Positions 49,304-62,800 of a stretch of 64,000 bases of DNA are shown here, piece by piece (within the stretch, counting starts at the first letter, position 1; each line of letters starts with the position of its first letter). The notes under the pieces were generated by a model that saw nothing but the letters and a program-made list of their open reading frames with translations, was not told where the DNA came from and ran no database searches. The stretch lies in contig NC_135759.1 of the NCBI RefSeq assembly GCF_052425735.1, forward strand, positions 35,154,001 to 35,218,000, read 5' to 3'. Source of the stretch: Oculina patagonica (taxonomy: Eukaryota). The position numbers and the translations under genes were made by a program.

Positions 49304-50623
49304 ATGATTCCAGTTTTCTTTTATTTAGAAACTTTAGTGGCCATACATTTAGAGGTTGTATTGTACTGACATTGTGTTCCAAAGTAATTTTTAGACCAGA
49401 AATCAGTGAAATTGTCAGTGAGAAAGTAATTTTTTTTAACTGAGAGGTACAGTGTTGATTTATGTGAAGACTTGTAGAGTCTTGTCCAGACCATTGTCAA
49501 TATGGCAAGGTGTTCCTTTGAAATATTACTTTGATGGATTGAAAAAAAGGATGATAACAATACTGAATAGTGTTTAAAGGAAATATGAAACATTTGTAGA
49601 GGCGTATGTAATAGTTTTCTAAAATGTGATCTTTCAGACTGATGTGACGTTATGAAATATTATAATTTGTTTTAATAGGAATTTATTTTGTAGAGAATAA
49701 AATTATTTTGATAAATAATATAGACATGTATTAAACAAATTGTAATGAATAATATTTCTGTCAAGAATATTTTTCCCAGGGGGATGGGGAATTTAGAAAA
49801 AGTAGAAAGAAACCTGTTTTTGACTCGTATTCTGGGGGGTTCGGGAAGGGAGGGACTACTTAGAAAAATAAAACTTAAATCAACCTTGTTGAATGTTCCC
49901 AGTGCAAGGTTTATGTTTTTTTTTCTTTTTTTGCCCTTTACAAAGAAAACACTTTCAGTTTACAGATTACTAAATTAGCCTTGTAAACTCCAATAACATG
50001 GCCATCCCAATAAAAGAATGTATGTATCATTGTCTACTACTTACAATAAATTATTATTAAATAAAACTACTTAATTTACAGCAATTCTATTTAACACTTA
50101 TTACAAAACGGATTTTTGAGGCAGTTATTTTGTCATTCATATATTGGTCTCATAAAATAATTTTCTAATAAAAAAATATATATATATTTCCTAAACACTT
50201 TTATTATTTTGAAAAAATTACCAGACATAAACCCATGGCCTCTAACCTAGTCCACACCTTCCAAAAAGTGATGTCCCTAGCATGAAAAATAGTTTCGACC
50301 AGTTCCCTTAAAGAGACCATGGCCCCAAATTTAGTGACAACACCTAGAATAAAATCGCGACAAAAGAAAACCCCTCTCCTTAAAATTCCGACAGCGAAGT
50401 AAAGCCACAACACAAACTTGCGGCATTTTAACGCAGTTGAAACAGGGAACCCAGTGTTGCTCTGTTTGTTTGTTGTTGGTTCCGGTACTCCTCGTCCATA
50501 TGCAGATTAGCTATGTCACATGCAAAAGTTCGCTTGGCGGTTGATTCAAATAATTTGCCGGCGGCAAATACTTGCGCTAGATCTAAAGATATTTCTTTTG
50601 ATGTCTGAAATGCCAAACATACT

Positions 50624-53600
50624 ATGACAGAGTATCACCGAGGTATTGACAATGTCGTGGATCGCGGACCATTCAGGGCGACGAAAATCTGGAACGAACT
50701 GATCGAACACCTACGAACGAAAGTCGAGCAACGTCGAAGGCGATGGAAATTTCAGTACTACGACAACTGTTTTCGCGGCGGAGATGTAGTTGAAGTTCTC
50801 CATGCCTACGTCCAAAACAATCCTCATTTGTCCAAAAATGCCACTCGTAGTCAAGTTCGATCTCTGTGTCAGATTTTGCTGGAGAAAAGAGTTATCGAGT
50901 GCGTGGCTGCGGATAACAGCAAAAGGGACAGCTTCGAAGATAACAACAGATTGTACAGATTTTCATCCGGCCCAGTTGAACATGTTATTGCTTCACCCGT
51001 TCAGGTTGAGAGAAAGACAAGTAGAAGAAGAAGTCTCCTTGGTCAAAGGGACAAAAAAGCAGCAAGAAGAAAGTCGTTAAGTTTTACACCGAGGGCACAG
51101 AAGCGATTTGCTGATCTGCTCATGTCCACAGAATCCCCTAAAGATGTTTCTATAAATACCGGAACACAAGAAATACCAAAGAAGCGAAGAAGACTCAGTT
51201 TGGATGCAGGACTTGGTTTAAGGTACAAAATATTTTATAGAAGCTGCCAGAGAACACGTATCTGTAGTTGTGAATAGATAATCAATGATCTTTACAAAAG
51301 AAATATGTTAATGAGTTTTCAATAGCCCTTCCTATTGCTTTCTATGGTCTGTTTTCCTTTATTGCTAAAATGACCGCTAGAATGGGGATGGCGGTGTAGG
51401 TGGTGATGGTTATGGGTGTTCGTGCTGGTGGGGGGGGGGGGGGGTGAGGGGTTAGGGGTAGTGTTGTGTCAGAGATGAGAAACATTCATCACACAAGCAC
51501 TGCATTTAGCAAATCTCCCAATGCTACGCTGTGAAATGGGAGTATTTGGATTTTCCAGTCTAGTGGCAAATGCCTTTGGATAACCCAAGATTTGATTTAC
51601 ACTAGTCTAGCAACATATGCTTACAAGTACTAAATGTTGTACAGGTCAGAAAATGGTCAGGGAAAAATAAAATTCTTGAAGGTCAGGGAAACGTCAGGAA
51701 ATTTTATTTTGGGTCAGCGAAAATTGATATTTTGAAGAAAAGTCAGGGAAAGTAATTTATTACAGTTGAACCTTCATTAGTGGACACCTACCATAGGTGG
51801 ACACCTCCAATATGCTGACACAAAGTTGTGGTCCTGACAACAACATACAATGTTCATGTTGTAGACACTACAATATTTTAATTTTTAAACCTCCCATAAG
51901 TTAGCCTCCTGTACAGACGCTCTTTGGGGTTGGCATGTATTACGTGACATAGGAGGCTACCCATGAGTGGACACTTTCTGAATCCAAGGATGGCTGCTTA
52001 TGGGAGCTTTAATGGTTTGCAACAGTGACAGCTCTGTATGGAGGTAATTGATTACTTTTCTTTTTTCACATAGAAAGAATAAGTTGTCAATGTTGTCTAG
52101 CTCGACTGATCAAGGAGATTTGATCAGTGAGGTCTGGTTTGAAGTGGCCCTATCTCGACTCCTTCAACTCACAGACGTTCCCTTTCTGGAGGACATATTG
52201 ACTCCACCAATTAAAGATGATAGGACAGGAGTTATAGTTATCTCAAACAGCGTCCCAGAACCTTGTATTCAACATTCACAACAGATTGACTGCAACAAAG
52301 AAAACATTGACAACTCAGAGATGAACAATGTTTGGGTTACAGCAGGGATGGAGTGTATTCAGTTACAGAGAGACTGTCCTTTGCCGCAGCGTGGCAACAT
52401 GGGTTATTTAAATGTGATGAATGCCAAGGAGGCAGGGATTCAGCAGATTCTGTTGCAGTATTATGGCTCTCTTGTTGATACGCTGATCCCTTCAAACTTA
52501 ACGGACTTGGTAGATGGTATTCTTTGTGCATTGGTTAATGATTGGACAAAGGCTGTAACATTTCTGCCAATGTTGGTCTTGATGCTACCAAGCAGTCAAA
52601 GAAGACATCTAAAGAAATTGTTGAACTTCATGGGGCGGTCTACGGGCACAGGCAGTGGCAGGTTCATTGTAAAGAAGTTCATGGGTGCTATCTTACCAAA
52701 GGACGTGAAAAATAAGGTGGGTTCACTTGAGCAGACCAAATTAAACAAAGGGTTAAGATAATGCAATTGAGATGCTTAACATTTGGCATGTATTTTTGGT
52801 CCAGTGTACAAGTAGCATCTCAAGTGCATTATGTGTACATTGTATTTTAATCCTACGGCAGAGAAAAAATCAGTATTTTAGCCTAGAGGCACATCAGGGC
52901 AGTGCTTATCTCCCATTTCAGTAGAATAGAGTGACTGGTACCCCCCCCCCCCCCCCCACTGGGGTGAAGAGAAGCCTCGTCTCTCTTGGCCAAGAACACT
53001 TGTAACAAATTGACACTAGCCAGGACTCAAACTTGGACTGCTTGATCCGGAGTCCAGTGCACTAAGCATTTGGCCACCATTCTTCCCATTTCTCAATCCT
53101 ATATTATAATATATCAATTGTAAAATAATATACCACAGGTAAGGGCAAGATATTCTTCATGTTGCTAGATCCGTTTTGAAGGAATTATGTGGCGAGCTGA
53201 CAAAATGCATTTTCTTGGCAAATGACTGTTTTTGAAGTTTTGTAGCTGAAATGATGGTAAAGTTACATTGTACATGTACTTTCTCTCTTAGGATTCAGGT
53301 CAAAAATTGGTTTCATCCATGGTGAAGAATCGGCAACAGATGTTTACAGTACCAACTCAACTCAAAGAGCATTTCAGGAGAAACATCTCATATGCACAGA
53401 GGGGGATGTGCCCACCCCTGCCATCCACAGTTTGTCAACAGATGTCTATTGCAGAGTACACAAACCAGACAAAATTAACAACATGTCTAGCTTTGAACAT
53501 GCTTATGACGCATATTATCAACAACCTTCAGATGACTCTAAAAGAAAAGGAGGAACGACTGAAACTTTTCCAGAAACACCACAATGACTTATTTTTGCAG

Positions 53601-53624
53601 CAATTCCCAAGTGGCCAGTTGTGA
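50624..53624 (+). CDS. DEPDC1/DEPDC7-family protein copy B; exons 50624-51222, 52074-52716, 53292-53624
   Basis: Same structure as 23776-27157 with a few substitutions. Confidence 0.88.
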
Positions 53625-54072
53625 AAAGTGGCCTAACAATTACTTGCATAATTTATTAAATCTTAATACTCTCGTGCGAATGCTTCCGTCTTACATCCAG
53701 AACACTACACACCTTCTGGTTCGGCAATAAACTTAAAGTTAATAAATTATTGACACCACAGTGTCGTGAGCAAACTGTAGTGTTGCTAGAGGATGTGTGG
53801 AGCCAGCCATGCTTGATTGGGGCAATTCTGGTCAGAATGAACTCAAAATAATGTTATGTTTTTAATTTATAAAACACTAGCAGGGGAAGCTGCCTGGAAG
53901 AGAATGAAAAGTCTTGTGTAATCTCAGTCATGAACTCTAAAGTTCAAAACCTAACTAATGATTGCATATTTTGCTGCCGTCAATCAAAATTGTCATTGAA
54001 TCATGACAACAATCAATGAACTTTGAGAAAAAAAATTTTTAACTTTTTTTACTTCATTTTATTAATATTTTT

Positions 54073-54140
54073 ATTGTAAAGCGCCATGGGCAATTAGTGG
54101 ATTTTGGCGCTATATAAATAGTTTTAGTTATTATTTATTA
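54073..54140 (+). mobile_element. L2/CR1-type retroposon 3' tail fragment
   Basis: TGTAAAGCGCC...GGCGCTATATAAAT followed by a TTA-rich tail. Copy A ends at the gap within this same sequence. Confidence 0.5.
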
Positions 54141-56813
54141 AAATGTAACAAACTGGATCGAAATCTGCGAATCACAACCATGGACATGAGAGGTATGGTT
54201 AGATCATTGATGGCAGTGAAAAATACAACTATTTTAGCAGTGAGAGTTACATGTAAATGTGTTATTGAAAGGCATAGCTATGTTTGTGCAGAATCAGCTG
54301 CTGTTTGCAAAATCAGTTTTGTTTGTTCTTTGTTTATCTTGCTTCCAGTCCGTTCCTCCCCACCAACCTCAAATCTTAACGTCCTCATTCTCTTTTTCCA
54401 CATTAAGCACATTACATGAATTACCGGTAAGTAAGCATGAAATATTTTCTCTGTGGGAAGAAAACCAACAAACAAAGAAAACCTTCTAGGTATAACATTT
54501 CCACAAGTTCTTTTACCCTCAACTAGTGTAATATCTGAAAAAAGCTAAATACAGTTGATTTTCAAGGCCCAGCTCAGATGGGTTCCTATATTTATTTTGA
54601 AGCTTTTAATATTTATTGATTTAGGAAAAAAGGACCAGTTGCCTTGGGGTGAAACGTCTAGGATTTTTTTTTCAAGACTAATTTGACCTTATTTGTTAAA
54701 TACTGTAAAAGAAAACAATGCAAATCCATCTTGCAGAATATTTACAGAAAGAAATTTATTTGTTTCAGATTTACACTTGTTTTTTCACCTTGACAAATTG
54801 AACTTATTAGACTTGGCAGTATATTTTGTCGACCTGCCATCATTCTACTAAGTACAAAAGTGTTTGTTGCAGTTTGCCTAGTTCTTAGGCCTCGTGATTT
54901 CACTTCCGGTGATCAATCTGTTTTGGGCCATGTGGTGTGGCCATCTGTCCAAGTGAGGCATGGGCAAAAGAACTAGGCAAGCCTGATAGACCGATACCTG
55001 ATTCCAAATATTTGATACTGCGATACTGAGAAAATATCAGAAAATAGCAGTACTTGCAAAAAATATCATAATTGCTTTTTCATGTGGTCTTCTGGTCATG
55101 ATGTTTATAAGTTTGATATTGAGCAAGACCCGAGTAACAATATTATTACACTGTTCTTGCCAAAGCCAATTGGTTCTTGCCATTTGCCAGACTTACTTGG
55201 TCAAACAAATCATGTGACAACAGCTAAGTCAATGGTCTCATAGAAAAGTATCAGTATTGTATCTTTATCATCTCGATTTGAAAACAAGTATCGGCCCATA
55301 TTTAGTTTATATAAGGTTGCATATACTGTTGAGCACTACAGCTGCTGTACGCAGTTGTCAATACAAGATCAAAGTAACAAAACTTACTATCATCCCCCTA
55401 GTTTCCAAGAAAAAACTTACAAATATGTTCAAGTTATCTAGCCTGCCTATTGTATTTTCATTGTTACAAATGCTTTTGCTGGAATGAAAAAGGTTTCAAG
55501 CAAAGCTTGAAGACACCTTTTCTACGTATAATGCCTGCACAGCAGCCATTTTTTTGCCTGTTATTATACACTGGCAACAGCAGGCAAAAAAGCATACTGT
55601 GCTAAAGTAGATTGAAGTGATCCAAATCTTCTACTATGGCTATACCAAAAAACTGTCTTCAGTTGCTGAAGTATTAAAGATATAGAATGTTTCACTAATA
55701 TCAAAACGTCCTTCAATTTACAATATTGAGCTACAACTGAGACTCCTTTCACAGAGGTTCCCTCCTACTCATACTAATACAAAAGACCATCCGTCAAAAT
55801 CTGTCAGACATTACACCTGCTTTCAGTGTTACGTGCATAGCCATCTTTCGACATGCTGTTTGAAATGAGCCAAAGTAATTCTGTCAATTTAGCAAAAAGA
55901 GCTAATCATGCAAGGTCATTTTTTACTGAGACTGTACATGTAGACTGTGAACAGTTCCTAAGGTTCTCTGGATTAGATCGTGTGTACTTGATCCAGAAAG
56001 TGGTAAAAAATAAGGGGGTTCTCCTTAAGCTCATTGTTCAGGGAGCACCTTTTTTATGTAACTGGATTATAGCAGTACTCCTAACAATGATTACATTCTG
56101 AAAGAAAGCCGAAGTGAAAAGAGGGCAACCCATCCTTTTTTGCTGCCCTCCTCGCCAAAAAATACAAAACTAAATGGTAAGTAGATTTTTTTTCTGTTGT
56201 TTATTTGTCCATTTCTCAAACAAGAAGTGCCTGTTATGCGGATCCAACATGTATGACTGCTAATAGAAGCTGTTCGCAGTCTGTTGTACATCTACTGTTC
56301 CATTGTACGTAGTTTCATGTTTCACTTTTGAAATTCTTTATGTTGCGTGTTCTTGCTCTTGGACTAAACTTGAAAAACTAGTTCAGTGTCTAATGACATT
56401 ACTGACAGATTTTTTGAAGAGGAGGGGGTGGGGTAGCTCACCTGGGGGGGGGGGGGAATATCAAAGATGGGAATATACAAAAATGGAAAAACAAATTACG
56501 GTAGATGCAAAGGACCCAATGATCCAGCAGACATTTCTTGACAGACAGACAGACCTCTTTTAGTACAACAATATTACTGTCTCATTTATCGCTGTTGAGG
56601 TTCTTTTTAACTTTGCCTGTCAGTGGGTGTTCAATTCATCATTCCTTGAAATACAATAGCCACCCACGGATTCTTCACCTCCTATGAAATTACTTGCACA
56701 AAATTTGTGGAAATTGTGATGTGATCCATTCATTGAGCAGAAGCATTCTTCCTGAGCTGTTTTGACTTGACTTCTTGATTCACCCATACAGTGCAAGTCT
56801 GAAGTCTGTTGTT

Positions 56814-59800
56814 TCAATTGTTTGGTCTACTGTCATCTGTATAAATTTTTAGAGCTCTTTCTTTGTATGAAAATCTGCCAACTCTTGTGTTTGAACTGTT
56901 GTTTCTGTGTGAAAATAATAAACAACTGTAAGTAAAATATAATAATAGACTAGTGCATGTCTTCAAGCATCTTGGGCTCCAGTTGTTCAAAAATAAATTC
57001 TTAGCACATCTTTAGTAAAGCATTAAGCTACAAAAACTGAAAATTCATGAAAGAAAAACGGAATAAGCCCCAGCTGTCCAAAGGTGGATAACACTATCCA
57101 CTGGAGATTACTGGATAAATGAATATCCCGTGGATAGCGCAGTATGTTTTCAGTGTTAAGACTTATCCACTAGATAGTGATTATTTTATCCGTTGGATAG
57201 TGTTATCCACCTTTTGAAGAACTGGGCCCTGAATTTTAATCAATACAGTCATCTTTAAAGTTAAATAAAAATTAAAGTTACTGGTATTTTCAAGTTTTGA
57301 AATATCAGGTCACATGATTACCTAGCCTGCGTTGCAGACGTACAAAACCACGGTCATATAACCGGGGTTTTATTCGTCTGCAACGCAGGCTAATGATTAC
57401 CAAACACAAAATACTTTAGCCTTTGTTCTGTGCAATAAGATTTGCACTTCTTACTTGGCATTTTCCTTTTTCAAGATTTCTTGTTTCTTTTCTTCTGTTA
57501 TTTCCATGAGTTCTTCTGTTTTATCTCTGAAAAAATAAAGAATACATTTTTTGTAAGGCAAATGGTCTTAAAACATGAAATTTAAAGATTTCAATAAATA
57601 AACAAACAAACAAACAAACAGTGTCAGAACTGGCCGGCCAGACTGGTATATTCGAGAATAAAATTCCATTGTTAGTCAGATTTGTTCTATCAAATCATTC
57701 AAATATATAAATACTGTACATTGTTATGGTGGATTTGTGGGAAAATCTTGTGGAAAAGGCCTATTTCATACTCAAAACCACAAGACTGGCTGGCCAGTTC
57801 TGGCTAATGGAAAGCGCCCTAAAATTGAACATTAAATGAAGAATTTTTAACAAATTCAGATTTATATTTTATCAAGTAAAGGTTTCACATTGACAGTATT
57901 ACTTAAAATGATTTACAAGATTATGTACTAGCTGAAAGTTTTCCTTCGCGAGCAAATTCGTGGCGAACAAGCAAGACAGATATTGTGAGCGAACTGGCTT
58001 TGTGGACATACTTCGCATGAGAACACACCAAAAGGACTGCAGTCAGGCTGGTTGCCGATTGGGCAGAATAATACAAAGGGAATACAAAAGATTTTTCTGC
58101 CCAATCAGGAGGCAGTATTCAGAGAGCTTTTTGAACTGGTCTGGTAAGACTCTTTCCACAGGGGCACCTTTCAGTCGCTCCAACTTTTATATGCTGATAC
58201 CTCCCCCCCCCCCCCGCCCCGCAGTTGAGCACTATTTTTTACCCGCATTTTCGCGTTTCCCTCGCCCCACTAACTGCCCATGGGTCTCCGAGGATGGTGC
58301 TTGCGTGATGTCCCTCTGCATTTTAATAATTTCCCCAATTCCAAAAATGAACTCAAAACATTTGAATGACAAGCAAAAAAATAATTCATTTCTCGCTAAC
58401 AGAACTGGCTCCTGTTTGAATAACATGAGTTACATAAACATCAAAAATAAAATGTTCACTACACAAAAGATTTAGAACAATTTATAACACAGACACAAGG
58501 TTTTGATAATTCACGATATCATGTGAAAACTGAATTCAATAATAATAATAATAATAATGTTAATTATTATACGTTTTCAAACAATTTGCAAACGAAGACT
58601 TTTTTAATCTTTTATCTTTTCTAGCGCCGGCGTAAAACTTCGTCAGAACATTGGCCAAAGCGGTTTTATCTTGTGGTTCCTCCAGGTTCTTCTTCCTCAA
58701 ATAATCATTCAGAATTTCTACATTTGTTTTTGTTGTTCTCTTGGTGTTTTTAGAATCTTTGTTCTCGATCAAAACTTTCAACTCCTCTTCGGAAACGGAG
58801 GCGATTCGCTCAGCCATATTTTCAAAACTTATATTTTTGGAAACTAGGCAGACTTTGAACTCGACATGATTACCCAATAATTATCTGCTGCAGATATTGG
58901 GCTATCATGTCAAGTTCACATGCTACTGCATATTGACTGAATGCTCTCGACCAATGACATGTTTCAAAGTAATTCTAATGTATAATAATAACTCTTATCG
59001 GAAAACGACAAGTGTACGTCTCAAATCCAAAATAATGTAAACTTCAAAAGCCTAAAATTAAAAGACCCAACTAAATGTGAAGAAATAAAAGAAACTTAAA
59101 AAAAAATGTTTCAGTTTTATTCAAGATGAGGCCAAGAAACTTTTCGAAAAGCATTTGAGTTTCGAAAGTCTTATAGCCATGAAATCGTGCATGTTTGAGC
59201 TGTGCGAAATTTAATTATACACGTTCACAATTGCTCGTGTCAGCAGGTATTAAATGCACCAGTTTAGGGTCCCCTGCGTGAAAACTTTTCGGCTTATCGA
59301 TCACTGTTGCAAATTTTAGAACTTCAGAAAATTGTGTTTCGATGTTAATTTATTTATTAGACTGGTCATTAGGCTATACAAACATTTCATTTCTTTTCAC
59401 ATGTGCACCTCAGCTTAATCGAAGTTCAATTTGGGTTTTACTAAGCGGAAAGAGGTAGCACGTAAAATTACTTCCGTTCGCGGCAACTTCTGTCTACGGT
59501 CCACAACTTCCGTCAACATCCACATCATCATAATTTCTTATTCATTGATTGTGTGTTCTACAGCACACAATCAGTACGAATAAGCTAAAAATGTTGTTTT
59601 AGCGACAACTAAAATATTAGAAGTGATATCAGATATGGAAGCTAAACTATTAGTTTACTTTGTCTTCATTGTCCATACCTGTAAAATACAACTGCTCCAT
59701 CATCATTAATAAGCAAAGGACTTGCACCAAGAGATGTCATATCACTTGACCAGTCATATTCATCATGAATCTCAAGAATTGGCACTTCACAGGGAAACTG

Positions 59801-62800
59801 ACCACGGCCCTGTAAAGGAAAAACCAGTAAAATGCCCAATTACAGCAAAATCTAATGGTTAGTGGATCCAAAGTCCGGGTTCGAGCCCTGACCAGGGTCA
59901 CTGCGTTGTGTTCTTGGGCAAGACACTTTACTCTCATAATGCTGGGGGGGGGGTACCCTGCAATGGACTAGCATCCCATTCAGGGGCAGAAACTGGGATA
60001 AGCTCCGGCAAGTATGGGCCACTTGGCTGAAGCTTCCCTTTACAGCAAAATCTACATGAGCAGCAACTGCAGTTTTAGCCAGGCTAAACTCTCGAGATTA
60101 TTTTTTCACACAGAACACTAAGCATGGTTTATCCAAAGCAAATTCATCAATCTTTACCTTGCATAACTCCAAATTCTCCACTGGAATGCTACTAAGTTTA
60201 CTTATCTGAAAGACAATACAGGAACCATTCCATCAGTAGTTATACGAGCAACAATCAAATGAGAATAGTCCTAAACTAAAAATAAAATGTCCAGGCAAGG
60301 GCCAGCATTGAGCCGCAAGGGCACTTAAATGCTCTTCAGACTCTGTGGAGAAAATAATGTATAATGGTATAATTCTGAGGAGAAATAAGGCAAAAATAAA
60401 AAAAAGATAAATAAAATAATTCTTCCAAACAAAATTGTTGAAAATTTTTTATATTAAATGATTACAAGTGTGTTTTACATTGGTCATACTTTGAGACAGC
60501 TTGTTTCCAGGCATGCAGGGGAAACAAATATTTCAAATAAAAGTAACATGGTTAAAAATGCCAACTGGCAGGAGGAAGACCAGTTGGCTTTTTCCAAAGC
60601 GTGATTGAGGAGTTGAACTTGGGACTACCAAGAACAAATCCAGCTAGTCGCAGGGTGCAGGGCTTAAACTTGGGTTCCTCAGACTACAACACCACTTGGC
60701 ATCTTAGTCTTCTCCTCAAGGTACAGTAATTTAACTTCACATTACTTTTAAATACTCGTTTGCCTCTTACTTCATCTTTCAACTCTTCAACCACACTCTC
60801 CAGCAAAACAACTTCTTTTGGAAGGTCAAGAGTTAAAGTTGAAGGGTGCCATTGCCGTACATAGACTGAAAGCTGTTCTGTTGAGGTCATTCTTTCAGGA
60901 CCTGCAACAAAAAAAAATCATTTTCCTTCTATATTAAAATAATTAAGAATGTGAAAAATATCAAGGATCCAAAAAGAGCATCCTGAGAGTGAATTCATTT
61001 ATTCAATTAAAATAATGTTGAATTCGGTACAGGGTGTGGGAATTAAGATTTGATCATCCAAAATCCCTACCAATATTATTAACTGTTTCAAAACTGTACT
61101 TCCATATTTGTCTGATGAAACTTCAAACTCCACTTCCTAATTTTTACGTTCCATGCAGTTTTGAGCTTCCATATTAGACAATTTGGCTTATACATGTACA
61201 TGAACAGATTAACACTTTACCTCTTGTCAATACCCGATTCCCTCTATAGCGCGCGCCTGCAGGGAATCACGGTAGTTGTATTCATCAAACCATGCGCGAG
61301 ACTCAGCAGCGTGCATCTTTGCTGAGTCTCGCGCATGGTTTGATGAATACAACTACCGTGATTCCCTGCAGGCGCACGTATAGAGGGAATCGGGTATTCC
61401 TGGTTGACAATTCTACTAAATGTTTTCACCTTCCCACCAGTGTAGCACAACGTTTTGTATTGAATCTAATCTGAGTGATTAACTTCATTAGTTACATGTA
61501 CATACATACCTTCTAATATTTCCAAAAACACTTCAAAGCTCGCATACACTTGAATGTTCTGTTCAAACACCTGGCTGTCAACATAAACTGTTCCAGGATT
61601 TTTCCAGTTCTTTCTTCGCATCCTCAAACTGAAAATATAATGAAAAGCAAAATCATGCCTTAGTGGCAGTTTTTTTTGCAATTTTGAAAATACTAACAGC
61701 TATTTTTTTGTAATACTAAGCTTCCAGTAGCTCTTGCAAAAATTGCATGTCCATGGTTTTTGACATTGCCATGGCAACTGCATTTTGACATGAAGGTTAA
61801 GCCAAATTTTGATTTTTTTGGGGGGAAAAATTTGATTTTAAGGAAAATTGTAGAAAAAGTACATTTGGTATCATTATCTCTTATTTTTCGACTTCCAAAG
61901 AAAATTGTGAAATCCAAGATGGCAGATTTAATGTCACAGGATATCACATAACATAACCAACACAAATTGTATCTCTTTGAGATCTATTCAATGGAAAATA
62001 ATATTGATATGTCTTAACCTTAAGAGGTTGGTTCAATCACCCGAAAAACCCCACTCCCACACCTACCCTAACCCCTGTACCACTGTGGGGGGGGGGGGGG
62101 GATGGATTATACATCCAAGGGTTAATTAATTTTTCAGTTAATCTTAGCCTGCTAACCATCATAAGCTCTGACTAGGTTTTCAAGGGAAAACATTCTAATT
62201 TGTTTAGTTTACTTTAAGAATTGTGCCTAAGAGTTGTGTGAAGATATGTAGCTACCAGTGATGAGAGGTTAAATGCAATAATTTTTTTTGGCTCCACATG
62301 TGTTTGTGTCATTGAACAAACTTAGAAGTGTGCTGTTGAAACTTATTATTTATCAATTATTTGAATCTGGGTTTATTTAGTACCCAGCAGTTAATCAAGA
62401 AAATATTATTGGTACATAAATCCATTTCTTTCTGGTATTTTATATCTTAGATTACTAAGTACAGTAGGACATACTTTTCCACTGGTACATCAATACCACA
62501 TCTTTGACAGATTTCCGGTTGCAGGAGCTCTTTACATTGCTTCACTGTCATGCCATCAGTTACAATCCAGTCACAAAAGTACTTAAAAGGCTGAAAGAAG
62601 CAAGGCTCATTTATCAAATTAGAATAATAAAATCAAAAATAAAACAAGGGCAAAGTTACCCCCCCCCTCCAGTCTAGTCTTTCCTTCCCTCCCTCCCTCG
62701 GTATATTCCTCTCACCCTCCCTCCCTTCAGTAATTAGATGTATAAAATCTCTTGTCTGAGACTAGTCTGGTACAAATTGGACACTGCATTGTTTAAATAA

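Larger units (their letters stand above)
28165..54131 (+). repeat. Copy B of duplicated block
   Basis: Begins GTAGTTCAGCAAC (= 1307) and matches copy A to ...GTTTTAGTTAT (= 27664). Confidence 0.97.

Noticed and set aside
54180-56563. Short ORFs between DEPDC and USP47
   Set aside because: No recognisable motifs or consistent splice structure; probably USP47 3' UTR or intergenic DNA with small MITEs.
56620-56817. 65-aa ORF as a USP47 C-terminal extension
   Set aside because: The spliced USP47 frame stops at TGA 56816-56814; this ORF is in another frame of the 3' UTR.
59855-59900. tRNA gene
   Set aside because: Only a B-box-like head without a cloverleaf; it is part of a SINE with a TSD.
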